A stretch of DNA of 55,545 nt, the filler included, from Hemiscyllium ocellatum (Eukaryota): the NCBI RefSeq assembly GCF_020745735.1. It is 2 parts of 2 records of this genome, joined end to end, with 100 filler letters (N's around TTAATTAATTAA, not from the genome) between each part and the next. Parts side by side here need not be neighbours in the genome. Positions count along the whole stretch, not along the records: positions 1 to 27,218 come from NC_083409.1; 1 more part is not named here. The stretch is one strand, 5' to 3'. Positions 11,100 to 23,025 of this stretch are shown here, piece after piece. Position numbers and translations under genes: made by a program. The notes under the pieces were generated by a model. The model saw nothing but the letters and a program-made list of their open reading frames with translations. It was not told the DNA's origin and made no database searches. Each line of letters opens with the position of its first letter. Position 1 is the first letter of the stretch.

Positions 11100-11563
11100 T
11101 GTGATGGCAGGACTGACGTATAAGGAGAGGTTGAGTTGGTGAGGATTGTGTTCACTGGAGTTTAAAACAGTTAAGGAAGGGAACCTTGGAGAAAGCTGTA
11201 AAATTGGAACAGGATGAGACAAGTCAAATGGAGTAAGGATGTTCCCAATGGTGGGGAAGTCCAGAACCAGGCTCATAGTTTAAGGTTAAGAGGTAAACTC
11301 TATAGGACAGAGATGAGCAAAAATGTATTCACCCAGAGAGTGGTGAGTCTGTGGAATTCTCTGTCACAGAAAGTGGTTGAGGCCAAAACATTATGTTTTC
11401 AAGAAGGAGGTAGAGACAGCTCTTGTGGCGAAGGAACCAAGGCATATGGGGTAGGGAGGGATTACAGTAATGTGCTCCATGATCAGCCACAATCATATTG
11501 AGAGGCAGAGCAGGCTGGAGGGGCCGATGGCCTACTCCTGCTCCTATCCTCTATGTTTCTACA
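11100..11563 (+). mobile_element. CR1 LINE 3' end
   Basis: HSLRLRGKLYRTEMSKNVFTQRVVSLWNSLSQKVVEA, and tail GGCCTACTCCTGCTCCTATCCTCTATG. Confidence 0.85.
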
Positions 11564-12469
11564 TTGCGTAAAATAGATTGCCAGGTGGAGGGCACCCTGT
11601 CAGATGGGTAAGTATCCATTCACAGATTCCCCCCACACCACTCCCCTTCCATTTTAATTGGGTCTATTCCCTCTCTTCCGATGTCTTTGTTATCTGACCA
11701 GTGACCACGCCTCCCCTTCACCACCCCGGCAGGGAGCTGTGCTTATAACCCATCCTTTGTTTTAATTTGCTAACTGGGTGATGTGGCGGTGGGGCTTTCA
11801 AAAACAGGAAACGCTGAATTCTTATCGCCCCTTGTGCTGATTTTGTTGTGTGTCTCCCTCAATATGGGCGACACAGCACTGCTGCCTCACAGAGCCAGGG
11901 AGACAGGTTCGAGAGTCACACAGCACAGAAATAGGCCCTTTGGCCCACCAAGTCTATGCCAACCACCACCCACTAAACTACACTAATCCCATTTACCCGC
12001 AGTTTTCTGGAGCCTACTGTCTCCTGGAATTAAAAGTGCTCATCCAAATGTATTTTGAAGGTTGTGAGATTTTCAGCCTGCACCACCCTCTCAGGCAGCA
12101 TGTTCCACATAGCTACCACACACTGGATCAAAACATACTTTCATCTTAATCTTATGACCCCTGGTCTTAAACAGATCTGGGTGAGGAGCGGAGGCTGCAG
12201 AACAGTGAGAGAGGTCAGGAGTGGAGAGATGGAGAACAGTGTGAGGGTGAGGAATGGAGGCTGGAGCAGGAAGATGCTTGTGTTCTGGAAAGCAGCACAA
12301 ATAGGGAAGAGATCCAAGAGCTGGTGGGAATAGTCTCCATGCTTCCTAACAGTAGCTTTATGGTGGGAAAGAGAATAAATCAGGAGATAATGAGGGCCAG
12401 GAACAAAGGCTGCTCATTAATTACAAATGATTAATTACAATTAATTATCATGTTGATTATTTATAGTCA

Positions 12470-12800
12470 GATTTATCTTTTTAATTCATTCACAGGATGA
12501 GGACATTACTGACTAGGACATCATGTATTACCCACCCCTAATTGTCCCAGAGGACAGTTAACAGTCATCCACACTGCTGTGGGATTGGATTCCCATGTAG
12601 GCCAGAGAAGGGAAGGATGGCAGTTACTTCCCTAAAGGACGTTAGTAAACCAGATGGGTTTTCCTGACAATCGACATGGATTCATGGTCATCATTGGACT
12701 TTTAATTGCAGATTTTTTTTTGTTCTTGAATTTAAACTCCCCCATCTGCCGTGGTGGGATTTGAACCTGGGTCCCCGGAACCATATCTGGATCTCTGTGC
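12470..12800 (-). mobile_element. tRNA-derived SINE (same family as 4968-5310)
   Basis: GGATGGCAGTTACTTCCCTAAAGGAC...CCCATCTGCCGTGGTGGGATTTGAACCTGGGTCCCC. Confidence 0.75.
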
Positions 12801-12809
12801 ATTAATCAC

Positions 12810-13250
12810 AGAAGGTTAGTGCGTAGGTACAGCAAGTCATCAGGAAAGCTCATAGAACATTCTGGTGTGTTGTGAGGGGAAACTGAACGCAAGGCTTCAT
12901 TGAAACATGAAAGATCCTGAGGGGCCTTGACCGGGTGGATGTGGAAAGGATGTTTCCTCTTGCGGGAGAATCCAGAACTAGGGATCACAGTTTAAAATTA
13001 AGGGAGAGTCCATTCAAAACAGAGATTCAGAAACATGATTTTACTCTCAGAGTTGTCAGTCTTTGAAATTCCCTTCCTTAAAAGGCAGTGGATGCAGAAT
13101 CTTTAGATATTTTTAAGGCCGAGGGAAATAGATTCTTGATGACTGAAGGGATGGAACATTATTGGAGGTTAAAATCAGATCAACCACAATCTTACTGAAT
13201 GGGGGAGTAGCGTTCAAAGGGCCAAGTGGCCTACTTTTTTTCTTTGCCCA
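12810..13250 (+). mobile_element. CR1 LINE 3' end
   Basis: GGGTGGATGTGGAAAGGATGTTTCCTCTTGCGGGAGAATCCAGAACTAGGG...GGGCCAAGTGGCCTACT. Confidence 0.8.
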
Positions 13251-13464
13251 TATGTTGCCTCATACACCTTCACACAATCGGAGATTGTCGTTCGTATTTT
13301 CTACCTGCAGATTAAGCTGCTTGTGTAATCGGCCACATCTGCACAGTGTTTTCTCCGGCCTTCCACCATGACATACTGGTCCTATAATCAATCCATTACT
13401 CTCTGAGTTGGTTTATTTAAAACAATAAAGTCATGAAACAAACATTACAGCAAGCAATAATGGG

Positions 13465-13770
13465 CAACACAGTGCCTCAGTAATTAACACAACTGCCTCA
13501 CAGCGGCAGGGACCCACCTCAGGCAGGTCTGTGTGGAGTCTGCATATTCTCCCTCTGTCTGTGTGGGTTTCCTCCCACAGTCCAAAGATCTGCAGGCTGG
13601 TAAATTAGCCGTGCTAAATTGCCCAGAGTGTACAGTGATGTGCAGGCTCGGTGGAGTAGCCATTGAATCATACAGAGAAAGGATAGGGGTCTAGGTAGAA
13701 TGACCTTCAAAGGACAGTGTGGACTCAATGGGCTGAATGGCCTACTTCAACACTATCGGGATTCTGTGAT
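13465..13770 (+). mobile_element. HE1-type SINE
   Basis: GGGCAACACAGTG...CTGCCTCACAGCGGCAGGGACCC...GTCTGTGTGGAGTCTGCATATTCTCC...GGGCTGAATGGCCT. Confidence 0.8.
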
Positions 13771-14319
13771 ACAAATGTAAGTTCCTTCTTTCCATTCTAG
13801 CCCTGAAGCATGTGGTTCTGTCTCATTTCCACTCAAGAGATGGCAACCCTTTGAAGACAGGAGCAGCCTCTATTTTTTTGGAAAGTACTTCTTCCACTCT
13901 GTGTCCTTCACAGCCTTGTAGACAGCAACAATGAGATCAGGAAATAACCCAAAGCTATAATCTTCTGGACTCTTCATTAAACTGTGGAACCTGAAAAGTA
14001 CAATTATTGTCCAAGTCAATGAAGATATTTCTCAGCAATCCCTAAATGCTGAGGTTTAGTACTCAGCAGGCCCCAGGAGGCAAAATAACTGATAGATCAT
14101 TGCTCTGAATTGCTCATAAATGTCACCTTCACATTTCTGGAGGCTTTGATCAGAAAGATTGCTTACCCCTCTCCAATATGCAGCTTAAACTCAGCTCCAA
14201 CTCCCAACCATCCAGCTGAGAGTGGAACCCTGTACAAACTGGAACCTGGTCAGTGGGAGCACTGTCACCTCTGTCTCAGAAGCTTTGGGGAGTCTATTTT
14301 GATCATAGAGTCCTTCAGC

Positions 14320-14815
14320 ACTGGAGGCTGTTCAGAGCATGTTCCCCAGACTGATCCCAGGGATGAAAGGGCTGTCCTACGAGGAGCAGTTAAAGAGCTT
14401 GGATTTGGACTCGCTGGAGTTCAAAAGAATGAGGAGGGATCTAATTGAGGGATAGAAAATGTGAAAGGGGATTGATAAGTTGGATGTTGAATAGATGCTC
14501 CCCCTTGTGGGACAGTCTGGAACAAGAGGTCACCGATATCGAGTGAGAGGCGGTAGGTCCAAAACTGAGATGAGGAGAAACTATTTCTCCCAGAGGGTTG
14601 TGAATCTGTGAAACTCAATGCCCCAGCGTGCAGTGGATGCAGAATCAATCAACAGGTTCAAGAAAGATGTGTTTCTGATGAAAAGTGAGATAAAGAACGA
14701 TGGGGAGCAGGCAGGAGAGTGGAGTTGAGACCAGGATAAGATCAGCCACAGTCATGTTAAATGGCGGACCGGGCTCGAAGGGCTGAATTGCCTCCTCCCG
14801 CTCCTAATTCCTATG
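14320..14815 (+). mobile_element. CR1 LINE 3' end
   Basis: GGATTTGGACTCGCTGGAGTTCAAAAGAATGAGGAGGGATCT..., tail CTCCTAATTCCTATG. Confidence 0.8.
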
Positions 14816-15299
14816 TTGAGCACACAGTCAAGGCTGACACTGCAAAACTGAGGGAGCTGTTGTCTTTCAGGTGAGATACAAAACAGAGGCCCTGCCACAA
14901 TCTATCGAACTGTACTATCTCCCCCAGTGACAAATGCTGGAATTTGAATTCAAATCACAAAGCAAGCCTCATTAATGGTGACCACGATAATGATCCCTGA
15001 TTGCTGTCCAGCCTCAGCCTTACCCAGTCTGGACTTCATGTGACTCCAGCCCCACAGCAATCTGGTTAACTCTTAGGTGCCTTCTGAGAGGCCACAGCAA
15101 GGCCAGCAGTTCAAGGGCAATTAGTCTTGGGTAACAAATGCTGATCGATGCCAGTGACACCCACCTCCCAGAAAACAGAATGCAACAGAGATTGGTGTCA
15201 GCCAAAATTGTCAGATCGGACTCCCAATGAGATGGGGAGATGGTTAAAGATGTGTATTCAGCTCAGGATGGAACAGGTCCCCACTTGTTAGCACCATCG

Positions 15300-16580
15300 C
15301 TGATAAAATAAGTGAGAGAAAACAGAAAACTAAAGGTGAGAACACTCAAATGTGGGAATATCAGTGAGAATTCAGGCAACTGAAGGAAGATATGAAGAAC
15401 TGCAAAGGAAGACAAAAACGAAGCAAGAGTTACAAAAAAAGTGATGGAGAAAGAGACCTGTAAGGGGTCACGAGAATAACACAAATATTTTACACGAAAG
15501 TTAGAAAATTAAGGGGGCTCCAGTGCAATGTGAGCCCTTTAAAAACAAACTGGGAATTCCACGAATGAGACTAAGGGAATGGCCGATGTGTACAATGATT
15601 AGTTGTGTCAGTCTTCACAATCAAGGAACGGGATAATGCAGCTTTCATTCCAGGGTTATTAATAGTGAATTAGATTAGACTCCCAACAGTATGGAAACAG
15701 GCCATTTGGTCCAACAAGTCCACACTGATCCTCCAATGAGCAACCCACCCAGACCCATTATCCAATCTTATATTTACCCCTGACTAATGCACCTAACACG
15801 ATGGGCGATTTAGCGCAATCAATTCACCTAACCTGCACATCTTTGGATTGTGGAAGGAAACTGGAGCACCCAGAGGAACTCCACACAGACAGAAGGAGAA
15901 TGTGCAAACTCCACACAGTCACCTGACGTAGGAATCGCACCTGGGTCCCCAATACTGTGAGGCAGTAATGCTAACCATTAAACCACCATGTAATCCAATT
16001 GAAGACTGGCATTCACAAAACTTGATACATGCCAGAAAACAGCATTGGAAAACGAGTAGCTCTAAAGGCTGACAGATCTGCAGGGCCTCAGGGGTTTAAA
16101 GAAAGGGGGAAAGGGGGCAAGAATTTTCAGAAGATTTTTCCATAAGATTCCAAAACAGCAACCATTCCTTTAGTTTGGAAAATATCCTGCTGTAACTCCA
16201 CAGGTTCAAGAAAGATGGGAACGGGAACTGTGGAAATTACATTCTGGTCAATCTAACATCTCTTTTGAGGGTTTCATTGGAACCTACAATTAACAGCCAA
16301 GGGAATGAACATATAGAGAATTGGAAATAGCCCACATAGATTTGTGATGGGTAGGTTCTAACTAATGAACCAAAAGCATTAATTAAAATAGTCGATAGGG
16401 CATATAGTTTTATCAACTTTCAGAAGTACTCGATAATTTCCCACAAATCAGTCTGCTGTCCAAAGTTGAAACCCATGGGATTTAAGATGAATGTTTGTCT
16501 TGGTTCAGAGGCTGGTTTAGTGACAGACAACAGAGAAAGAAAGTGACAAGCGGTGTTCCACAAGGATTCTGTGGTGAGGC
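15300..16580 (+). mobile_element. Highly degraded CR1 ORF2 fragment, interrupted by an HE1 SINE (15670-15990, minus)
   Basis: Linker and RT-like remnants (GTGTCAGTCTTCACAA, CTAAAGGCTGACAGATC, CGGTGTTCCACAAGGATTCTGTG), with a nested HE1 motif. Confidence 0.55.
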
Positions 16581-16599
16581 CTTAACTACATACTGTATT

Positions 16600-16785
16600 A
16601 TTAATGAGAATCAATCCACCTAAACTGCACATCTTTGGACGAAGAGAGAAAACTGGGCCACCCAGAGGAAATCCATGCAGATACAGGGAGAACATACAAA
16701 CTCCACACAGACAGTCACCTGAGGGTGAAATCAAACCGAGGTCCCTGGCGCTGTAAGGCAGTGGTGTCAGCCACTGTGCCACCCA
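16600..16785 (-). mobile_element. HE1-type SINE
   Basis: CAATCCACCTAAACTGCACATCTTTGGAC...GGCAGTGGTGTCAGCCACTGTGCCACC. Confidence 0.8.
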
Positions 16786-17262
16786 TTCCTCATCTCTGAT
16801 CGAAATGTCTAACCTCTTATTCTCAGACTGTGACTCTGCTTTAGAATCCCCAGGTAGGGGCACATCCTTCCAAAATCTACCCTGTCAGGGCCCTGGAGAA
16901 TTTAAAATGTTTTAGTGAAATCTCCTCCCATACTTCTCAATCCCCTCTTTTGATCATTAGACAATCCCCTCAACCCGTCACATGAACTGTGGCTGGGTTT
17001 GATCATCTCAGAGTTTCAAGGTGGGAAGGAGGAAGAAAGACTCTTCATGCATTGAATCGATGCTAAAAATTGAAAAAGCAGGACAATGTCACCAAGCATT
17101 GTTCACATACTCTTACTTTTCATCAAAGTGCTGGATGAGAGTTCTTATGAATTTCAGGAGGTCACTGGTGGTGTCCTTATACCCTTTATTCTTGCCTTTT
17201 CTCTTGTTCATATCATTTAGGAGAATGGAGGAAAAAATGAGGTTGCAGATGCTGGAGATCAC

Positions 17263-17426
17263 AGCTGAAAATGTGTTGCTGGTTAAAGCACAGCAGGTTA
17301 GGCAGCATCTCAGGAATAGGGAATTCGACGTTTCCTGATGAAGGGCTTATGCTCGAAACGTCGAATTCCCTATTCCTGAGATGCTGCCTAACCTGCTGTG
17401 CTTTAACCAGCAACACATTTTCAGCT
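17263..17426. repeat. Perfect 72-bp inverted repeat derived from a PLE terminal repeat, 20-nt loop with hammerhead core
   Basis: 17263-17334 is the exact reverse complement of 17355-17426. The loop is CTGATGAAGGGCTTATGCTC, followed by GAAACGTC. Confidence 0.95.
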
Positions 17427-18984
17427 CATTTAGGAGAATGGAGTCAACCGAGAAGGAAATGAACAGCAGAGTTTGTTTTCTCTGTTGATTAAATTCACCT
17501 TATTTGCTCCTCTGAGCACCTGAATAAGGGGCGAGGCTTGTGTCTTATAATAAACCTATTGGATTATAACCTGGTGTCGTATGATTTTTGACCTTGTCCT
17601 CTGATCACATTTAGGTTATTCCCACGAGCACTGCATGTCCTTGCTTCTCCAGGCCAAGAGGTGGCGATCTTGACAATGGATTTGACAATGATCTCCATCA
17701 GAGAGGACCCACAAATCAGGGACAGAGATCAGAGATTACAGGCCCCGCTCTTGCTCCTCAGTCCCAGATCCAAGCACAACGGGCCTCCTGGGGTCCCAGG
17801 TACCGGTTGTTGTATCCCGGGCCCTGTATGTAATACGATATGGGACAACTGATCCTTCGGATTTTTCCCAACCTCACCAGGTCTTCACAGTCACTGAGAT
17901 TATTTAAAGGCAGCCTTTGCCGATTAAGGACCCTGATTGATGGGAAACAGACTGAAATGGGTCAATAATACAGTATTGGGGAGTTACAGATGCAGATTGC
18001 CAAGTACAAATCTGATGCTGTGGCTTTAACAGAGATCGGGTGGGACTGGGAATTCCTGGATACAAGGTGTTCAGAAAAGAAGGAGAAGTGCGGGAAGTGG
18101 TGGGATTGTTCTGGAGCCAGACAGTACTGACCAACCTTAGGTCCTGAGATATGATGGAGATAAAGGGTGAACTGTGCCGGGCTTTAACTCACTGTTACCA
18201 GAGTAAAACAGGGATTACCCAGTTCACAGCTGAAAATGTGTTGCTGGAAAAGCGCAGCAAGTCAGGCAGCATCCAAACAGCAGGAGAATCGACGTTTCGG
18301 GCATGAGCCTCAAAGATGTTTACCCAGTTCACAAGACAGTAAATGGAACTAACAAACCAGGTGCATGTGAAACACTCACCCCGTCCCTGAGAGAGGGGGG
18401 ACAAGAATAGGGACATTCTCAAACAGAAAGGATGCTAAAAATGGTATCACCCCGAGAGTGAAGGGTGGGGTAGGGATAGTGACAGTGACAGCGACACCCC
18501 CCCCCCCCCAACCCAGAGAGGGGGGAAAGTAACACTGACACATTTAAAACCGTATTATCACAAGTGAGAATTCAAACAGCTGCCCACTCCATCAATCAGT
18601 GTTGAAGATGTACTGTCCTCATCAAAACTTGCAAACCACTTCATAACACGTAAGGAGAAAGAAACATTTAAAAAAAACTGTATTATCACGAGTGAGGGTC
18701 CGTTTAATTCTCGGACTATGATGGTAAATGTTCCCAGCTGTAAACAACACTGGTGTATTGACGTCATTATCTTATTAAACAATATTAAAACCTCGGCCAA
18801 ACATTTTCCTGCAGACAGTTTATTTAAAATATCAAGAGGCTTTCCACATTGTTGGTTTGATCAGTGACGTAGCAAGGAAGCAGCAGCTGCCCCATGAACT
18901 CCAACAAAAGAATGAGAACAGGCTCTTCATACGGAGCTGGCTCCCGAGAATCCAATTCAACAGCAGGGATCAAAAAACAAGGAA

Positions 18985-19200
18985 CAATACAGCACAGGAA
19001 CAGGCCCTTCGGCCCTCCCAGCCTGTGCTTACACATTTTGCCCTACCTCACTGAAACTGTCTTCAGCTACAGGATTCATATCCATCTATTCCCTTCCTAT
19101 TCATGCATTAGTGCAGGTATTTGTTGAATACTTCTATTGTGTCTGCTTCCACCCCCTCCTCTGGCAGTGTGTTCCAGGTACCTACCATTTATAAGGCCAA
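18985..19200 (-). mobile_element. CR1 LINE 3' tail fragment
   Basis: GGAACAATACAGCACAGGAACAGGCCCTTCGGCCC...CTGCTTCCACCCCCTCCTCTGGCAGTGTGTTCCAGG. Confidence 0.7.
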
Positions 19201-19404
19201 GCAAGCCACTCAGTTTCAGGGCAGTTAGGGATGGAGAACAAATGCTGGTCTTGCCAGTGACACCCACATCACAGGAAAGAATACATGGCCCCAGTGATAA
19301 CACCGTCACCTGAACCTGCAGGTTTCAAGCTCCATTCCAGACACTGGAGCACTATCCTCAGACAGGCAAAGGCAAAGACGCCATCTGCTGGATGATCGGT
19401 TAAA

Positions 19405-19530
19405 CCACTGCCCTCTCAGGTCGATGTGAATATAAGGGCTTTGTGACCATCTCAGGGAAACTCTCCCCAGTGTGCTGACCAATGCTTCTCTTATAACCAA
19501 TGGCATTAAAACAGATACATAAACAAAATA
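19405..19530 (+). mobile_element. Deu-domain-like SINE fragment
   Basis: CTGCCCTCTCAGGTCGATGTGAA...CTCTCCCCAGTGTGCTGACCAAT...CATTAAAACAGAT resembles the Deu central domain of DeuSINEs, from memory. Confidence 0.45.
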
Positions 19531-19699
19531 CTGCAAATCTCAAATAGAAGCGCGATGCTGGAGAAAGGCAACAGGTGCAGCCTCTGTGGGGAGAGGAGGA
19601 GTTAACTTTTTGGGTTCAGTGATGGTTTATCTAAAAGCCAGCAAATTTTTATTTATATTTAATTTTATGTTGTTTTATCTTATTTTAATTAAATATTGT

Positions 19700-20100
19700 T
19701 CAAAACATGTTTAGCCTGCTTGATTGGAACCGCATTCACACACATGCATTCCCCCACACCGACGCTCAGTAACAGCTCTGTGTACTATTTACAAGATGCA
19801 CTGCAGAGATTCACCAAAGATCCTGAGACAACAGCTTCCAAACCCATGACCACTTATATTTGGACAAGGGCAGCAGATACACGGGACCATCACCCCAGCA
19901 AGTTCCTCTCCAAGTCATTCACCAGTTTGACTTGGAAATATGAAGCTGTTCCTCCATCATCACTGGGTCAGAATTCTGGAATTCCCTTCCTAAGGACATT
20001 GTGGATCTACCAACAGCACACGGACTGCAGGGATTCAAGAAGGCAGCTAATCACCACCAGGTCCAGGGCAATTAGAGATGGACAGTAAAAAGCCTGGTAA
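19700..20100 (+). mobile_element. LINE 3' end sharing its tail with the 4968-type SINE
   Basis: CAAGATGCACTGCAG...GGACAAGGGCAGCAGATAC...TTCAAGAAGGCAGCT...AGGGCAATTAGAGATGGACAGTAAA. Confidence 0.65.
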
Positions 20101-20399
20101 AAGTCGGAGTAGGCGTGCTTAAGGACCAGAGAGTGAGACTGTGATGTTTCAGTTATTCCTGGACATTGGTATGACCACATCTCAAATACTGAGGGCAGTT
20201 TTGGTCTCCTTATTGAAGGAAGAATATAAATGCATCGGAGGTGGTTCACAGGAGTTTTACCCAATGAATTTACCCAATGAATGGGCTGTGTGATGAGGAA
20301 AAATTTGAAAAGGGCTTAAAGGGGATGGGGTGGAGCAGGGTGTTGAGGGAGGGATAGGTTGAGAATGGTAGAGAGTATGACCTGATTAATCGATGGAGA

Positions 20400-20655
20400 G
20401 ATTAATTTGTATTCATCCCTCCCATCAACCAATCAGATATTACCCTCTACTTACCTTCACCTATCCCCATCTCACCACTCTGCCCCCACCACTCCCTTTA
20501 TCTGCAGCTCCCCCAACACCCACCACCAGTCCTGAAGAAGTGTTACAGACAAAATGTTGACTTCTCCACCTTCTGATGCTGCCTGGCTTGCTGTGTTCTC
20601 CCAGCCTCCTGCTTGTCAACCTTGGACTCCAGCATTTGCAGTTTTTCTTTGTCTT
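20400..20655 (+). mobile_element. PLE terminal repeat with decayed hammerhead core
   Basis: CCTGAAGAAGTGTTACAGACAAAATGTTGACTTCTCC...GATGCTGCCTGGCTTGCTGTG...CTCCAGCATTTGCAG. Confidence 0.65.
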
Positions 20656-22697
20656 GAATCTCTTCAGGGGCCTGGATGAGTGTGAGGAGATTGGGTTTTG
20701 ATGGAACTTACCCACAGAACAAAGTCAAAAGAAGCAAAGCAAGAAAGGCAAATGGATCGAATACAAGAGAGCACATTGTGAGGGAATACCAATTATTACC
20801 AGTTTAGCAATTGCAAAGGAGAGAGCGACAACATTGAAATGTTTCTGGTGTCATCCTCTGTGCCCTAACATTTCACAGAGCCAGCTCCACATCCTTCCAT
20901 TGGCTTTGTCATTGAGAGCCAACGATTCCCTTCCCACAGCCCTTTTTAAAATGTCCTGTTCCAGGGAATCACTGACACAGAAAATATCTCACCTTTTTTG
21001 GGAAAGTTGGAGAAATATTAGATGTCAAGGACTCTTCTCAGACTACAGGATCTGACAGAAGGATGTGTGTAGTCTGTGGATTCTGGAGACAGATCACTGA
21101 GATAGTTCTCATTCCCATCAACACCTGACTTTATTCCGACATCAGTTTCTATTCTTCATTATAAAGTACCCCCACCAGTTTCAGACTAGACATTTCACAC
21201 CCAGCCCCCATTTCCTCACATTAGAATCAAGAACCAAACTTGCCCCATCTCAGGATTGCCCTCTGAATGTGGTGTCAGTGTGCTAATGCTGTGTTTGATG
21301 AAAGAGCCGCAGTGGAATCTGGGACTGAATCCAAGGGGTTTCTGAGCCACCAGCAGCCTCCCCGCTGTGTGAGGGTCTGTTTGGATAAGATTTCAGCCCC
21401 ATGGTTCCCACTGGTACGAGAACCATGGAGTGAGATTGCTGGAGCCACGTGTGGACTGAGGAACACAACAGTCAGGACAATGAGCTGCTCTGGAATCCAC
21501 CCTGAGCCCTGGATGGTTGTCACTGAGATGGCCCAGGGGCTACAGAATATGACAGCAGAAAGTGGAACCAGTTTATCATTGACTGTCCTCCCCAGCCGTG
21601 ACTCCCAGACTCCCCCAGACTGAACATTCTCAATCTGACCCCAGGGACACACGGGGCAATTCCATCTCATTTGAAGAGTAAAGACGACCCAGGTCTAATT
21701 TATGGAATATTTATTTCCCAAATTGTTATTGTGCAATTGTTATTCTGAGTAACAAGGTCCTGCTGGTCACATTCATCAATATAGGGTTCCCAGTGGCTCT
21801 GGCTCCCAAACAGTTGATTTGAATTTCTTGGCTTGTAATCTTGCTGTGCCGAAGGGATGGGTGAGGGTTGATGGGGAATATCCATCAGATTATTGTGTTC
21901 CCCATTGTCCTCTTCTGCCTTCCTTCTTTTCCCTATTTATTGGGAAAGACTTCCTTGGGGTTGTGCATTACTACTGAAAGTGCCCCTTCTGGACACAATG
22001 GTAGCATTGCCCTCCTGCTCCGGGGACCCCATTGCCCCCTCGATTCTCTCCCTCATTCTCCAGGCCTTGAGCGTGGAGGTGAACACTTCACACAGTTTTC
22101 CCTGAGGCTTCAGCTCTGGCCATTTCCAAAGCACACACGAGACAGAGACTGAATCTTCTTCATCTTTATTCCCCTTTTCCAGATTGACATTGACAGAAAA
22201 CAGTCAGCAATTAACAGCCCAGACAGAGGGAGCTGCACAAATTCACAGCCACAATGGAGCTTGAGGAAAACACTTGTGGAGATTTTCTCAATAACCTAAG
22301 AATCATGTCCCTTTAAACAGGGACAAAACCTAAAATTGGAACTGATAGCTGAGCAGGAAGTAGGTCTGTTTTACTGAAGCAGAGACTTCTGAGGTTCACA
22401 TTGTTTTGTACAGCTGACAGATTTCAGCATTTTCAATAGGTTTGATTTGGCATCACAGGTCATCACTGCCCCAGTCAAACACTCCCAGAACAGGGACAGC
22501 ATGGGGTTTGATAGAGAGTAGAGCTTCTTTTTGATGATCGCAATGACCTGCCTTAACACTTGAACCTCAGAAGTGTCGCCAAACCAATCCCAAGAAGGAA
22601 GAGAGTTGAAATTCAGTGCTGACAACGACCTTTGTTCTGCCAGCTCAGCGCTGTTCTATTTAAAGTTGTGTCTCCTCTGTGGACTGTCTCACACACT

Positions 22698-23025
22698 CTA
22701 CACACATTCTGATCTCCTGATGCTCTTGCTGAGGGTAGAGGGGAGGGCCACATGCGTGAGGGCACAGGAGAAGCGAGCGTTGGACTCCCAGTCAGACCCA
22801 GAGAGGGTCAGCAGGCTGCTGACACTGTAGGTGCTGTCCGAAGCTCGCAGGTAGTTGCTGGTCTGAACCCCGTCCGAAATGACTGCACCGTCCTTCTTCC
22901 ACTGCACCGCCAGCTCATCGGGATAGAAGTGATTGGCAAGGCACACCAGGGTGGCAGTGCCTTTGGTACTGATCTGCTCCGGGGAGGGGGCAGCAGGGTC
23001 AGCTTGGGCTGAGAGTTCTCTCAGG
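22698..23025 (-). pseudogene. IGKC: Ig light-chain constant exon, shark kappa/type III class, probable pseudogene (copy 2)
   Basis: ORF ...PSPEQISTKGTATLVCLANHFYPDELAVQWKKDGAVISDGVQTSNYLRASDSTYSVSSLLTLSGSDWESNARFSCALTHVALPSTLSKSIRRSECV*. Both Cys, the Trp and the terminal Cys are intact. The acceptor is mutated (TTTCAA at 23026) and the C run has 5 instead of 6 bases (22986-22990). Length 328 = 329-1. Confidence 0.93.

Noticed and set aside
11783-11986. ORF with leader-like FLSPLVLILLCVS
   Set aside because: It runs straight into SINE/CR1 sequence, with no donor and no V exon.
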